From Podospora anserina (Eukaryota), in the NCBI GenBank assembly GCA_017654855.1, contig CM030336.1, positions 1,798,001 to 1,862,000 of the forward strand: a stretch of DNA of 64,000 nt. Reading direction: 5' to 3'. Numbering within the stretch: position 1 is the first letter of the stretch; the number at the start of each line of letters is the position of its first letter. Of the stretch, positions 25,092-39,061 are shown one piece after another. The position numbers were made by a program, and so were the translations under genes. The notes under the pieces are model-generated. The model ran no database searches and had not been told where the DNA came from. It saw only the letters and a list, made by a program, of their open reading frames with translations.

Positions 25092-26983
25092 GAATGTCCG
25101 CGATATTGTTTTGTAGTAGTGTTTAATATCATGCAACCACGCCGCCCCAATCTATCCGCACCGCCTTGGGTTCCGGATGGGTGGAGCCCGGGACGTGACC
25201 AAAAACACCAGCCGACTTGAAGATGGTACTTTTCGGCAGCATTTTCGGCGCTGAGGAGCCAATAAGAAGGGTTGCATACAGAAACCAATCGTTATTGTCA
25301 GTCCGAATAAGCCACGTCTCATTGTTCTCCCTCGTTGGAGAGAAGCGGGATTCGAAGAGCCCTCTAAAACAAGGAAAGAAAAAGGCACCGTCGGCGGCAG
25401 AGCCCGCCATGCTGTGGCACAACTGAAACCAGGGAGGGGAGAGAGATGCTTTGATCAGTTCATATCCACATGTTCCCAAAAGGGGTTTCAATAGAGACAG
25501 ACTAGACCGGCCGGCCGAAGAAGGGACGAAAAAGAGAGGATCAACAAATGCGAGGGCGAGTGCGGTTGTGTACGTAGGTCTGGTCTGCTGATCAATCATC
25601 AATCGGGGGCCAAAAAAAAAAGGAGGGGCAAGCGGTCATCAAGTGTCCGAGATTCCCAAAGTCGCACAACAAATCATTGTTGCAAAAAGACCTGAAGATA
25701 TCTCAATATTCGGTGAACCAGTCACTGAATCATCAACTGAAAAGAGCGGTCGGTGGTCGAATGTCACAGGTTCAGGAAAAGTGAGTGTGGGCTGATGAAA
25801 GGGTGACCCTTCCTCGTCTCGCAGACTGGTCCACAGCGGACAGAACACGGTACGGATAGGCATCCCTTATTTGCGGAGTGCACTGTGACGCAAGGAACCG
25901 GGCTTTCCTGAACGTCTACTTTATCTTTTCTGCAGTGGACAATTTGTCCTGTGTCCTGTGCCTGTGTGATGGTCGAGATGGTGTGCGTCCGACTTGGATG
26001 ACTTTAGCCGTCGCCAATTTTTTTCTCTCTCTCTCGCTCTCTCCAGCCCAAGGGCGGCCAGAGGATTGCACCAGATTGTGCTGTTGTTGTTGATGGAGGG
26101 GTACTTGTAACCAAGTGTCTTGGCGGGTTGTCCAATCATCGGCCGAGATTGACGCACAGCCTGTTTCAAAATTGTTAGAGGGATACATTTGAGTTGCTCC
26201 ATCGTCACTCTTCACTTACACGCACTGGAGCTCCCTCATCTGACTTGCCGGAAGACTCGTGACTTGGGTTAATTGCTAGGCATATATTTTATATCTGATG
26301 GTGTTTTTTGATCGAGATACGAGATCTGTTCAAATTTAAGCTTCCTACTGTTACCTGACATCCCAGAACTGGCTGCCTGGCTAGGTTGTTTTCAGCAAAG
26401 GCGTTAACTTCCTCGCCCACGTGGGGGTGGTGAAGGCGTAAGTTTACGCATGACCAGCAAATTAGGTTTTGTGGCTCTGATATAGACTCGAATTACAGTT
26501 CAAAAGCTATCAAAATTCTCGATCAAATCACAGCGAGGTCATCAAGGTGCTCCTTTGTCAATGTTTTTGCTCCACGATGGTGAAAATGTCACTTGATAAC
26601 TTCAGGGGAGGTCTGTCGCTAACCGGACCCCACTTCGTTCCCGTGCCCTAACATCCATGTCAACAGCTCTTGGCGAGGAAGGGCGAGCCGGAACAGGGCC
26701 ATTCTTGCGTGTCCAATTGCTTCCATTTATTGCTTCCACAGCCCTCCATCCGCTCCTCACCTTGCTTACTCCTTGCCCTTGCTCCTCCTTGCTCCCCATC
26801 GTGCCATCATACTGAATAGGTGTTATACACAGCGACGCCGACGACCTTTACCAGCTTTGACCAAACAAGTCGACCTCCTCCGTTGTCGGTCGCCTGCAGT
26901 AGACCGAATCCACTCTCGACCTCGACCCTCGACGGCCGTGCAGCAACAACGACCCCCGAGTCAGTCGCGTTGACGTCCCCAAC

Positions 26984-29900
26984 ATGTTGCGACGGCCTCC
27001 TGGCCAGCGCAAATACACCTGGGCAACCCTCGCCGTAATCTTCCTGCCTCTGCTCCAGTTGGCCGATGCTCAGCAGCAGCACTCGGGCCACGATCAGCGT
27101 CAGCCAGACCGGTTACGATCTCCCCTCGAGGGCGACCACCAGCATGTCGCTCAAAACATAGCCTCGACCGCCCTGACGGCCGAGCCCCTCGTCGAAACGC
27201 CTGCCATCCACGCACGGCGCAAGAACACCGTCACCCGGGAGCCCGACGTGCTGTCACCATCCCGCGATACCGACACCAACAACATCTACAATGCTCACGA
27301 TGTGCGCGCCCAAGCTTTTGCTCCGGACTCCTCCGACCTGTCCGTTCGAGCACCTCCTCCATCAAAAGACAGCCCCAACCGTGGAGCTGGACTCTCGCAG
27401 CATATTGCGCGGCGTCTGGAGGAGTGGGAAGTGGAAGACTTTGTTCTTCTGGCGACCGTCGATGGGGATCTCTACGCCAGCGACAGGAGAACCGGCGTGG
27501 AGCGCTGGCACTTCAAGGCCGGTAGTCCCATGATCGAGACCCGTCACTTTCGTACCAACCGCTCCGTTCTTGACGAAGACTTTGATCCCATTGATCACTA
27601 CATATGGGTGGTGGAGCCCACCCGCGACGGGGAGCTCTATCTGTGGAGGCCAAACGAAGAAGGGACCGGCCTCGCCAAGATGCCCTGGACCATGAAAAAG
27701 GTGGTGGAAGATCTCTCCCCGCTCAGTGACCCGGACGAGGGCATCATGTACACCGGGGACAAGAAAACCACCATGGTCACTTTCAACGCCGCAACAGGCG
27801 CCATCATGGAAGAGGTCGGCTCTGGTGGCGTTTTTGTCAACCAGGTGGATAACGAGAGTTGCTACAAACCGAACGCCCTCACCGACGAGGACGAGGCATG
27901 CCACAGCGGTACCATCACCCTGGGACGCACCGAATACACCGTCGTGATTCACCGTGTAGGAAGCGGGCCCATTGCGTCTCTCAAATACAGCGAATGGGGC
28001 CCCAATACTCGCGACAGGGATCTGATCCAGCAGAACCAGTTCAGCAGGGACCGAACGTACATCACCGGTGCTCCCGACGGGCGTTTCTTCGGAATCGCGT
28101 ATTCCAGCAAGGCAGATCAGTTGTTCATGTCCACGCTCGACTCGCCCATCGCTCGCGTCTTTGATGTCTTGCAGCGCGGGGAATCAAAACCGGGCGAGAA
28201 GCCACGCCGTGTTGTTCTGCCCCATCCTCCACTGCCTGGGCAGCAAAACACCGGTTTCGACGATGAAAAGGTGTTACTCAACCAAACTGGGACCGGCAGT
28301 TGGTACGCCATGTCCAAAAGCCGTTATCCCTTGATTTCACAGGCCCCGGCGGCACAGATCGGCAAAGCAGAGTGGTGGAAAGCCGTTGACAGGCCCAACG
28401 AAGTCCAAATGTCCAAGGCTCTGGTTGGCGTCCATCAAGTCCCCGTCGCTCAGCCCGGCAGTCTCCCCTTCAAGGATGTCGCCAGCTTGCCTCTGTTGAT
28501 CGACGCGCCCCCCAAGCATGAGGGCATCGAGTCTCCTCCCAACCTGGACGTCCCTCAGTCATTGTCCCCGGCTGAACCGGCGTCCACTGACATTTTGCAC
28601 GCGGCAAAGGAGCAAATCGACAAGTTTGGCAACACCACCGTGTCCGAGTTGTTCAGCCCTCAAAACATGTTCATCGTCTTGTTGTTTCTGGCGGTGTACT
28701 TTAAAGACTCGATTCGCAAGTGGTTTCTGAATGGCCAGACGTCCAAGACGCACCACCCCGAATTCGAAGTCAAGGTGCTACCGAGTCCTCAAATCGAAGA
28801 GCTGCCGACGACTCCGGAGGCTGCTGCCCCACAGGCGGTGCCAGTCGAGCCCAGTGCACCAAAGGAAGAGCTCGAGACACCTATTGTGGCTTCGGGCGGC
28901 GACGCCACACCCATCCCCGTTGCTGTCCCCGCTCTCGTTGAGCCTGCGGCTTTGGATGCGTCCACACCCACGTCCAACCCCGTTACTGACGGTGCCACTG
29001 TTGCTGCTGAAACTCCTAAGAAGAAGAAGGCGCACAGAGGCCGTCGTGGTGGTAAGAAACACCAAAAAGGAAACGGTAGCAAGGAGCAGGGTGATAATTC
29101 AGGATCTCGAGATGACGACCCTCCGCAGGAGTCCGTGGAGGAGGCTGTCAACAAGGCGAAGCAGCTTCGTCCCGCACCGACGTTGGAGCCTGATATTTTG
29201 ACCGTCTCCGGCAACACTGACGAGGTTTCCGGCTCCATCATTCGAATGGGCGGGCTCGAGGTCAACGAAGCCGATCAGCTGGGCACAGGAAGCAACGGTA
29301 CCGTTGTCTTTTCTGGCAAGTGGGATGGTCGTGCCGTTGCTGTGAAGCGTATGTTGGTGCAGTTTCACGAGATTGCCAGCCAGGAAACGAAGCTGTTGCG
29401 CGAGAGTGATGACAACTACAACGGTACGTTTTACTCTTTGCCGCTGTTGTCCTTGCGCTAGTGGCTAACCCAAACAGTGATTCGATACTTTGCCCAGCAA
29501 CAGCGTGCTTCGTTTCTGTACATTGCCCTCGAGCTGTGCGAGGCGTCATTGGCCGATGTCATTACCAAACCATACAACCACCTCGCCCTGGCGAGAGCTG
29601 GCGAGATGCACATGGAGAACGTCCTCTTGCAAATCGCCAATGGCATCAGCCATCTGCATTCGTTGCGCATCGTCCATCGCGACCTCAAGCCTCAAAACAT
29701 CCTCGTCAACATGGGCAAAAACGGCCGACCGCGCATTCTGGTCTCTGATTTCGGTCTATGCAAGAAGCTGGAAGGCACCCAGTCCTCGTTTGGTGCCACC
29801 ACCGCCCACGCTGCAGGAACCACAGGCTGGCGCGCTCCCGAGCTTCTGATCGACGACGACGCACCACCGCACGCGCACCCCATGGCTCTCGCCGAACCGG

Positions 29901-30646
29901 GCTCCAGCTTCCATTCCACGTCCAACGCCACCGGTCCGGAGGGCACCCCGTCGTCCACACGCCGCGTCACTCGTGCTATTGACATCTTTTCGCTGGGCTT
30001 GGTGTACTATTACATGCTGACCCGCGGCAAACACCCCTACGACTGCGGCGACCGCTTCATGCGCGAGGTCAACATCCGCAAGGGCACCAAAAGCCTCAAG
30101 GACCTCAGTGTTTTGGGCGATAGAACCGCCGAAGCAGAACATCTAATCGACTGGATGCTCAACCCGGACCCCAAGGAGCGCCCCACAGCCAAGCAAGTCA
30201 TGGGCCACCCTTTCTTTTGGGACCCCAAGAAACGCCTCGACTTTTTGTGCGACGTCTCTGACCACTTCGAAAAAGAACCGCGTGATCCACCTTCTGCATC
30301 GCTTGTTACCCTGGAGGCGAGCAGCAAGGAGGTTATTGGGCTAGGGCAGAACTTTTTGAAGAAATTGCCGCAGCCGTTTGTGGATAGTTTGGGCAAGCAG
30401 AGGAAGTATACGGGGGATAAGATGCTTGATTTGTTGAGGGCGTTGAGGAATAAAAAGAATCATTATGAGGATATGCCCGAGAATGTCAAGAAGATGGTGG
30501 GGAGCTTGCCGGAGGGGTACATGCAGTTTTGGTCGAGCAGGTTTCCGATGTTGTTGCTCGAGTGCTGGCATGTGGTTTGGGAGATTGGGGCTTGGGAGGG
30601 GAATCGGTTCAGGGGATATTATGAGCCTGAGGTTGTGGTGCCTTAG
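26984..30646 (+). CDS. IRE1: IRE1 ER-stress sensor kinase/endoribonuclease; intron about 29424-29478
   Basis: Signal peptide, luminal domain (LATVDGDLYA), TM segment, kinase (LGTGSNGT, HRDLKPQN, DFG) and KEN RNase (DLLRALRNKKNHY). Confidence 0.97.
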
Positions 30647-30676
30647 GGGGTTGTGGTGCCTTAGGGGGTCGTGGTG
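30631..30676. repeat. Short tandem duplication (about 18 bp, GGTTGTGGTGCCTTAGGG) covering the IRE1 stop codon
   Basis: Two full copies plus one degenerate copy visible. Confidence 0.8.
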
Positions 30677-31054
30677 ACTGGGGTTGGGGGTTGGGGGAGG
30701 GGAGTGTGTGGTGCAGTGATCTCTTAAGTATGAGGTGGTTTTGATAAATGTTTTTTGTAGCACAGTTTGAAGGTTTATGTAATATGTCTTTGGCTTCCAG
30801 GATCTGCCTCTCTATTTTGATGTTTAGAGTTGATCAAGTTTGTTGCTTATAAAGAAACATACTATATCAACGACCATGTATATGTATCCGAATATCAGAA
30901 GCAACTAGGTGGTGGTCACATAAAACAAGACAAAATGGCTGTTGTTTTTATCTTGCAGATGCAAAAATGCTACACACACATACCGTAAACACCCCCATAT
31001 GCAATGTCAACCTTATATCACCCTCTTAACAACTCCCCTCCCTACAACCTGATC

Positions 31055-33495
31055 TCAGCCCCAATGAGCCAAAACCTGCTTCTTCCCCTTCTTCCCCTTA
31101 CCTCCCTGCCCTCCCTGCCCACCATCCTGCTGCTGTTGCACCTCCTCACCTGCCCCTCCCGCGTTTCCACTTCCACTTGCCGCACCACCACCACCACCAC
31201 CCCCCCCCCAGCTAAACCCAGTATCCCTACTCACCCCAAAATCCCTCCTCACCACCCCCCTCCCATACCCAAAAATAGTGGTCTTTGGCTTCGGAGCAGC
31301 AGGCAAAGCAGGAAAAGCATCACTACTGTTCGTCTGCGGCGGCGGCCCCCTCTTCACCGCTCCCGTCCCAACGTGACTAGCAGTCGTGGTCTTCGGTGCC
31401 GGAGGTGCGCTGCTCCCCCCAGCAGTCCAACTTGGCTGTGCCGGCGCAGGTCTCGACGCAGAAGGAAGAGCAGGAAACGCAGCTGCCGAAGAAGCAGCAA
31501 CACCCCTACCCCCCCCACCGCTCGACGCCGAAGCAAAAGACATCACCGACGCGTTACCCACACTCCCTCTCCTAGTGCTATTCTTCAGTTTCAACACCCG
31601 GTTCGAGTTAGCAGCAGCGCCATTGTTGTGAAGCGTGACTCTCGTCGGCGCCGCAGCCGTCGCCCACCCTGTCGTCGAGGTAGTAGCGCCGTGCATGCCC
31701 CCCAATCCCGGAAGGGAAGGATACTCCTCCTCCCTGTCCTGCGTTCTCGCCCTCCTGTTCTGCCACGCCGCGCGGAGACCCTCTCCCTTCTTCTTGTCTT
31801 CAAACAACTCTGCTACTTCCCTCACCAGGGTCCCCAACGCCGTGTCGGAGGAGGTGTCGGCAAACAACGAAGCAAAGGCGTCGATGAGCTGGGTTGGGTT
31901 CATGCTTCCGCGGTTGTAGTTGGAGATGTATTGTCTAAAAGTGGCAATCTTGTTCTCGTTGTTGCCAAGGAGATTAGACGCGCGCTCGACAACAGCGTTG
32001 TGGCGGGCCAAGCTGGCACGTTGTTCCTGGGTGAGAGATGACCAGTCGGTTATGGAGAGGTTTTCCATGGCGTCGATGGGTGCGGTGGTGGCAGCGGCAG
32101 CCGCACGAGAGGCTGTGATGGCTGGAGGTGGTGGTCGAGACGGGCCGGGAGCAGGGCCAGGTGGCGGTGCCCGGTTAGCAGCGCCGGATTGTATCGCCAT
32201 CTGACGCTGAAAGGCAATCTCATCTCTTCGCAGAGGCTGGGCGGAGCTGGCAGGTATCGGCTCGTTGGCAGGGTCGGGCGCACGCCGACGCTCTTGATTT
32301 CTTCCGCCCCTGGGAGCCCCTCTCTCCTGCTCATATCTCTGGCGCAAGTCAAAGTTGGACATGTCTACCCTCCTTGCATCTCTACCGCTTCCTACAGACC
32401 CACCATGCTCAGAAAGCTGATGGGCCTTGAGATCCATTTCAGACTCGAACACAACAAACTTCTTCTCCAGACATTCCCGATCGTTGCAAAGAAAGTGATC
32501 CTTCTTGAAATGCTGCTCAAGTGCGTCGTAGTCGAGGAAATAATGCGGCTGCCTTGAATCTCTCCTATCACACAAGAAACACCGCTCGTGCTTGTTGCGG
32601 CAATGCTCATACAACTTGTCGCTATCGTAGAACCTAGCTCCGCAGAAGCCGCACAGCGGATGTCCCCTGAAGCCGGTCTGGTCGGCCGCGCCGGGCTTGT
32701 CGTCGCCATGGCGCATATGCTCGGTGAGCTGCTTGTCCGCAAACAGTTCGTGCTCATGTGTAAAGACCTTCTTGTTCCGTGTGCACAAGTCGCACATCTT
32801 CATGTGGTGCACATTGCGGACGTGTTGATGCAGGTCCTGCCAACCCAGACCAGCAAAGTCGCACTCGGAATCCGGGCAATTGAACCTCAGCAAAAGAATG
32901 GTATCTCCCACAATCTCCTCCCCGGCGTATTTAATACCAATGTTGTCATCTGTGCTGGTGATGTCCTTGGCCGTGTAGTCCTCGAAGCGCTTGGTTCCGT
33001 CGTCGGTGAAGATAACATATGGCGATGATGTCTGCGCAGGTAGGTTAGCTCATGTTCTCCCAAATCATCCACGCTAGCGCTTCTCACCCTGCAATGGGGA
33101 CAATCCTTGCTCTTGTAGAGCGCTCTCAACCGCAAAGAACAGATGTGACATGTGGTGTGGTTGCAGGGAGCAACAGAGAAATGGGTGATGGGGTTGGCGC
33201 AAATGAAGCAGGTTTCGGCATTGTCGTCGGCCTGGCCGTCTAGAGCTTCGGTCTTTTTGAAGTTGGGGGCCTTCTTTGGTTCCTGCGAAGCTGGATCTGT
33301 GGTGGCCGTGTTTCCAGAACGGTGGTGTCCGGCGCCTCCTCCTCGTCCTCCTCCACCACCACGCCCTCTACCGCGAGAGTGGTCTCCCCTCCCACGGCCC
33401 CTACCGCCACGACCTCTGCCTCTGCCTCTGTTGCCGTCGCCTCTAGGTCCGCTGGGTGCCTGGTTATCGCCAGTAGGAGCAGCTCCGTCAGCCAT
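31055..33495 (-). CDS. HEL2: Ribosome quality-control E3 ubiquitin ligase Hel2/ZNF598; intron 33087-33032
   Basis: RGG-rich N-terminus, RING (CFIC..CNHTTCHIC..CPHC), C2H2 fingers (HPLCGFC, HFLC), FPALP repeats and a KGKKGKKQVL tail. Confidence 0.93.
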
Positions 33496-34845
33496 ATCGG
33501 TCTGGTAGGTGTCTATAAGGATTGGATCGAGGGTGGTTCTAATCGGTGTCCGGAGCTTGACTCGCTGCGACAGATATCTGGAAATCGCGGGGTCTTCCAG
33601 GCCGGATGTCTATCGGAGCTGGTGCTGTTCTGCTTTAGATATGGAGCGGAGAGGTACAAAGTAGGTGCAGGAGAAGAGCAGGAAGGCAATCGCAATCACG
33701 ACGAGATGGTATGCAGGTCGAGTTCGAGAATCAAAACAGAGAGACAGTGGGGGGGCGAGTACTTTGAAGGCCGGCGGCGAGGAGAGCTTCATGCATTTCA
33801 AAGCTTCCCGCAGATTCCACGTTTGCTCAACTTTTTGGGGTTTCATTGGCGTCATTGGAGGGGTGCCCCGCCAAGCGGGTCTCAAACGGATCTAACCGGC
33901 GTTTGGCCGGCCTTCTGATTGGCCCCAACCACCGTCGGCGAATGTGTCACTCGCCTGGGCTCTGCCCCTGAAAGCTTCACCCAACCACAGCCTTGGTAGT
34001 GTAATCTGGGGGAAGACTGGAGTTCAGCCTTGCAGAGTCACTCCCACTCCTGCAGCCTGCAGGTATTAATCATATCTATTCAGATGAACCAAGAGGAGGG
34101 AGTCCCAGGGCATGGCGCAGCAACATCGTTGGTGGTGTGGTGTGGCACTTGTACAGCCGCCATATCACAGAAATGCACCCTGCCGATAATAATCATCATA
34201 TCCTCTGTTTGTTCAAGCCAACCGCTTCCAACATTAGCACTATGGTAATTCATGTAAACAAGATGGCCAATGTTCAGAGCACCTCCCTGCTCCTTGCTGG
34301 CCATTGACCCTACTAATGGCGGCAACAAACCCCTCACACAGTTCAACGGTTGTTCCACTCAGACACACCCGACCCGGACGTTTTTACCACGTCCAAAAGT
34401 ACCCATGTGATCCCCGAGCTTGTCCCGCTGAACTGTCGCTATTTTCCGCTTCAACAAATCATAGAAAATCAGGCTCGAAGGGGTGTAAACAAAGACCATG
34501 GAATGTGAGCCAAGCGCCAGATCCATACGACGCCGGAAAAAATATTTGTGCTCCAATCCCGTTAACCATCCTATGCCTGGTGTGTCCCATTCAACCTTCA
34601 GAATCCAGTGAGCCAACCCTCTGACGAGTAAAGCACAGGCCAAGATCGAAGTCGTCCGGGGTAAAAAAGAAACAAGACTGAAATATGCCGTAAAGTAAAC
34701 ACGAGACGCCCAACCGTATCCATGCCAGCCATAAACGAGGCATAAATCCTGAGCCAAGAGAAATAAGGTCAATCTCAGGACGATATGCTATGCGCGCCCC
34801 GCCTGCCTCACAAGGAAAAGAAAAAAATCCAAAACATGTCCGCCT

Positions 34846-35823
34846 CTAGGCCTCCTCGATGGGGTAGAGCTGGCTGCCCAAGAGCTTGTTCATGGAGAAC
34901 ATGTTGATCTTGTCCTGCCTGAAGACAGCCCTCAGCTTTTCGTCACAGTTAATGTTGCGTTTGTCGTTGGGGTCCTGGAGCTCGTTGGCTTTGATATGGT
35001 CCCAGAGCTTCTTGACCACCTGTGGGCGCGACAACTGTTTTATTCGTTAATGTGGGGGACGTACGAGGGGTAGCGGAAGCAAGGAACGTACCTGTGGCTC
35101 GCCACACACATCCGCAAGAGCCTCGCTGAGATTAAATGGCTTTTGAAAGCCTCCTCCGGCTTTTCTCTTTGGCTTTTCCTCGCCGTCCTCGACCTCGCTG
35201 TCATCATCGGACCTCACGCGTTTGGCGCTCTTATTCTTGGCAGCCTTGGCCTTGGGCTTTGCTTTTGGTTTCGTGGTGCCAGCTCCGCGCGTGACACGGG
35301 CTCTTGAAAGTGCGTTCTCTTGAGCCTGAAGTTCGGCGGCGAGGCGACGGTCAGCATCCTCACTGGAGCTCTCGCGCTTCACCTTTTTCTTGGCTGGCTG
35401 CAGCGAGACTTGGATCTCTCCATCCTCGCCTCCATCCTCGCCTCCATCCTCTGGAGAATAACCATTCGTTTCGGGAGGCGTTGCATCGGCATTGTTGGCG
35501 GATACGGCGTCGAAACGCGCTTCTATGAGCTTCTTGATTGCTTCCTAGTGGAGGGGCACAAAGTTAGAAACCAGTGCCAGCTTTTGCGCCGGGACCAGGA
35601 GTAAACGCACTTTCTGATCGCTCAGATCCTTCTCAATCGCAGCCTCTAGTCCTTGGCGAATCTTTTTCCTGGTAACTGTCTGGAGGTCGGCGGCGGCGAG
35701 GATGCCGTCAATGATTCGGCTGTACTCTGTGGTCTCCTCATCCGTCACTGGAAGCAAACGGGTCAGCAAAGAGAGCGGCATGGGGTGGAAAAGCTCCTGA
35801 ATATTCGTACATGGTGCTGACAT
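34846..35823 (-). CDS. DEK-C plus SWIB/MDM2 domain protein (Uaf30/Tri1/Spp27-like), several introns
   Basis: IDGILAAADLQTVTRKKIRQGLE (DEK-C); SRPQVVKKLWDHIKANELQDPNDKRNINCDEKL (SWIB). Confidence 0.9.
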
Positions 35824-37004
35824 TGTGTCGGTGTCGCAAGGCGCATCAATTGATGCTTTGGAGGTTGGGGATGGAAGAATGGAAGAAGATCAGGTGCCGC
35901 GTGACGTGGTTTTGCCGAAAGGCCAGCGGCAGGCAGAGGAACGAGACGAAAAAGGCAGCGCTGAGATCTTGAGCTTGGATCAAAGGCAAACTGAGCTCTG
36001 CGATTGAGAGAGAGGCGCTGTGCTGTGGAGTGCGCGCTGTGTGTCGTCGTCGCGATGGGCCAGTGACAAGGCCAACGAGGGAAGGATTGTGTGTGTGGGT
36101 GGAGAAGATGTCTTTAGAGGCTGCTTGGTGGACCCTCTGGGGAAAATGAAGGCGCTGGGATGATGGGCGTCGGGGCGTCGGGACAAGTATACCTACTAGA
36201 CAAAGGAAAGAGGAACAAAAAGGAACAGGGTAGCAAGAGTAAAAAGCAGACACAAGACAGAGCGAGAGAGAGAGAGAGGGGAGAGAGCAGCGAAAGACGA
36301 CGTTTGCGCAAAAGTTAGTGAGGTATCAAACTTGATGGTGGCTCAGGGCGTTCAAGGCTGATGTGGTTGAAAACGTTCGCATGAGGCGCGTGGCTGGAAA
36401 GAAAAGGTGGGGAGCTCGGCCTTGCTGGCGTCGATCCCTGTCCGGCCTGGCCCGTCAGAGCCAATCAATTCCCCGAATTGCAACGGCAGTCAGAATCGCA
36501 CCGCTTTGGTTGCAGCCGCACGTGACCTGCCCGGGCTCCGCCAACGACGACGTCGAAGCTGTTGGCCTAACGGTCAACCAGACCAGGTCTTGATTTTACA
36601 GTAATCTAAGATGCATCATATACTGGTATCATAGTCTGGGACCGTCACTTCTGGGGGGATGTATGGCAAAGGTACAGGGCTGCCCTCTAGGCTTTAACAA
36701 CCACAGTATGATAACAGAAGGGCAGAAATCTGGTCATATCAAAGTCTTCTCTGGCTTTTGCTCACATCCCGGCTGACGTGCTTCTGCAAATCAATACCCG
36801 GCGCCGACAGACTCCAACTCGAGGCACTGAGTGGTGATCCAACCCAATCTCATGCGGGGTAATAGCATGCAGTTGCAATGTCCAGCACCATCTCTCGGTA
36901 CTTGTTAATTAGCCCATCCATCACCAAGGTATAATGTCAGCAATCACTGCTCTTAAAACCACCATCCTTCCCTCATCTCCACTTGAAAATGGACCATCCC
37001 CAAC

Positions 37005-38282
37005 ATGACACCCCCCTCCTCCCCCCCGCTCTCCATCATCATCATCGGCGCCGGTTTCGCCGGCCTCACTGCCGCAATCGAATGCCACCGCAAAGGCCTC
37101 ACCAACCTCGTCCTCTTCGAAAAATCCCCCTCCCTCTCCCCCCTAGGCGACATAATCTCCTTTGGCCAAAACTCCTCCCGCATCTTCACCAACTGGGGCA
37201 ACCTCCCCGACCTCCTCTCCCCCATCATCCACAAAGCCGACCAAGTCCACTTCCACGACTCCTCCGGCCGTTTTGTGACAACCCAATCCTTCAAAGAAGA
37301 ACACCTCGCCTGGGGTGAGAGAATAAACGGCCACAGAGGGGAAATCCACTCTTTAGTCTACTCCCACGCCCTCTCCCTCGGGATCCCCATCCGGTTGGGG
37401 GTGACAGTGACAAAATACTTTGAAACCCCGTCCCACGCAGGGGTTGTCACCTCCTCAGGGGAAGCTCACACCGCAGACCTCGTCATCGCAGCCGAAGGCG
37501 TCCGTTCCAAAGCCAGAACCCTCATCCTTGGGGAAGAAGACCACCCCCTCCCCTCAGGCTACGCCGTCTTCCGGTCTTGGTTCCCCACCCCCCTTTCTTT
37601 TTTTTCTTCCCCCTTAACATCCCACCTCGTCTCAAGAGGCGACACCCACAACGCCTGGATCGGCACCGACGTCCATTTTTTAGCGGCGAGCATCAAGAAC
37701 GGCAAAGAAATCTCCTGGGTGTGCACCCACGTCGACACATCCGACATATCCGAATCATGGCAATTCCCCGGTTCGAAACCAGCCGCGCTTTCGCTCCTCC
37801 AAAACTGGGATCCGGTCGTGAAGGAACTGGTCAAGGCTACTCCCGAGGAGAGACTGTTTGACTATAAGCTTGTCTTTCGCGATCCCTTGCCTACGTTTGT
37901 CTCACCGGAGGGGAGGACGATACTTGTCGGGGACGCGGCGCACCCTTTTTTGCCGACGTCGATTCAGGGGGCGAGTCAGGCTATGGAGGATGGGGTGGTG
38001 CTGGCGGTTTGTCTTGATAGGATCAAGGGGGATGGGACAAAGGTGAAGGAGGCGGTGAGGGTGTGGGAGGGTTTGAGGTATGAGCGGGTGCATCGGGTGC
38101 AAAAGACTGGGGTTACGACGAGGGAGCAGTGGCATAAGGCGGATTGGGATGTCATTTGGAAGGAGCCGGAGGTGTTGCATTTGAAGCGGGAGGGGTGGAT
38201 ACTGGATTTTGATTCGGAGAGGGATGCTGAGGAGAGGTATGAGAGGGTGAGGGAGGGGTTGGTAAAGGAGGGGAGGTTGTGA
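37005..38282 (+). CDS. FAD-dependent monooxygenase (salicylate hydroxylase/MAK1-like)
   Basis: IIGAGFAGL, AAEGVRS and GDAAHPFLPTSIQGASQAMEDG motifs. Confidence 0.92.
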   Translation: MTPPSSPPLSIIIIGAGFAGLTAAIECHRKGLTNLVLFEKSPSLSPLGDIISFGQNSSRIFTNWGNLPDLLSPIIHKADQVHFHDSSGRFVTTQSFKEEHLAWGERINGHRGEIHSLVYSHALSLGIPIRLGVTVTKYFETPSHAGVVTSSGEAHTADLVIAAEGVRSKARTLILGEEDHPLPSGYAVFRSWFPTPLSFFSSPLTSHLVSRGDTHNAWIGTDVHFLAASIKNGKEISWVCTHVDTSDISESWQFPGSKPAALSLLQNWDPVVKELVKATPEERLFDYKLVFRDPLPTFVSPEGRTILVGDAAHPFLPTSIQGASQAMEDGVVLAVCLDRIKGDGTKVKEAVRVWEGLRYERVHRVQKTGVTTREQWHKADWDVIWKEPEVLHLKREGWILDFDSERDAEERYERVREGLVKEGRL

Positions 38283-38457
38283 GATAGATTTGGTTAGAAT
38301 GTTAAATTTACCTGAGTTGGAGAAGTTAATGGGGAGTTGGAGAAAAAGTCGGTGACAGTAATGATGCAAAGACAGTCGCGGTCCATAGGGGCAGAACCAT
38401 GGTTTATATACCAGGTCAAAAACACATCATTCAACCAGCCCCAGTACCCTCCACAAC

Positions 38458-38609
38458 AACCTCGTGGTCAAGTGGTCAGGGTATTGGGGCTGTCCCCCGC
38501 CGGGGCTCACCGTAGCCCCGTAGCCCCGAGACGCCCACCGTTCGATTCTTGGTTAAAACCTCTGGGTTTTCGTAACCGGCCAACGTCGGTGAGCGTTTTG
38601 CCCTCTTTT
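38458..38609 (+). ncRNA. Putative Pol III-type, tRNA-like structured element (possibly a tRNA pseudogene)
   Basis: A-box-like TGGTCAAGTGG (38465), B-box-like GTTCGATTC (38540), nested stems and T4 runs downstream; no acceptor stem. Confidence 0.35.
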
Positions 38610-39061
38610 CTTCTCACAGTCTATTATTGACTACCTCGGCAATCGACTTCATCAAGTTCATTATCTGATAATTGATTTTTATCTTCATCATCATGTTCAT
38701 AACCAGTGGACTGGTCTCAAAGCCTTGGGTTCACAGGAACCTCGTACTATCTGATACAAGAACAGCTGCCAGTTCAATGCCAGGGCAGTCCGCGCAAAAG
38801 TCGCAGGCAACAAGAAAAAAACATCATTGATTAAACGACATAATATTTTGAACAGGCGACCCCATCCCAAACCTCAACGCTACACATAATCAACGCTCGC
38901 AACATGAATAAACCGGGTATCCCAAGGTCATGACCGTCAGCACCCAAAACAAAAACGAAAGAACGACCAAGACGAATGCAAGATGCTCCAAACCTTCCCT
39001 TACCAACCGTTCCCAACCCGAAACCAAAACGAAGACCCCGAAACTCATGCCCCATGCGAAC

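Noticed and set aside
31004..32041. 345-aa Arg/Pro-rich ORF antisense to HEL2
   Set aside because: Low-complexity shadow of the GC-rich HEL2 C-terminus.
26984..35823. IRE1, HEL2 and SWIB adjacency as a functional quality-control cluster
   Set aside because: Ordinary neighbouring housekeeping genes; no evidence of co-regulation in the sequence.
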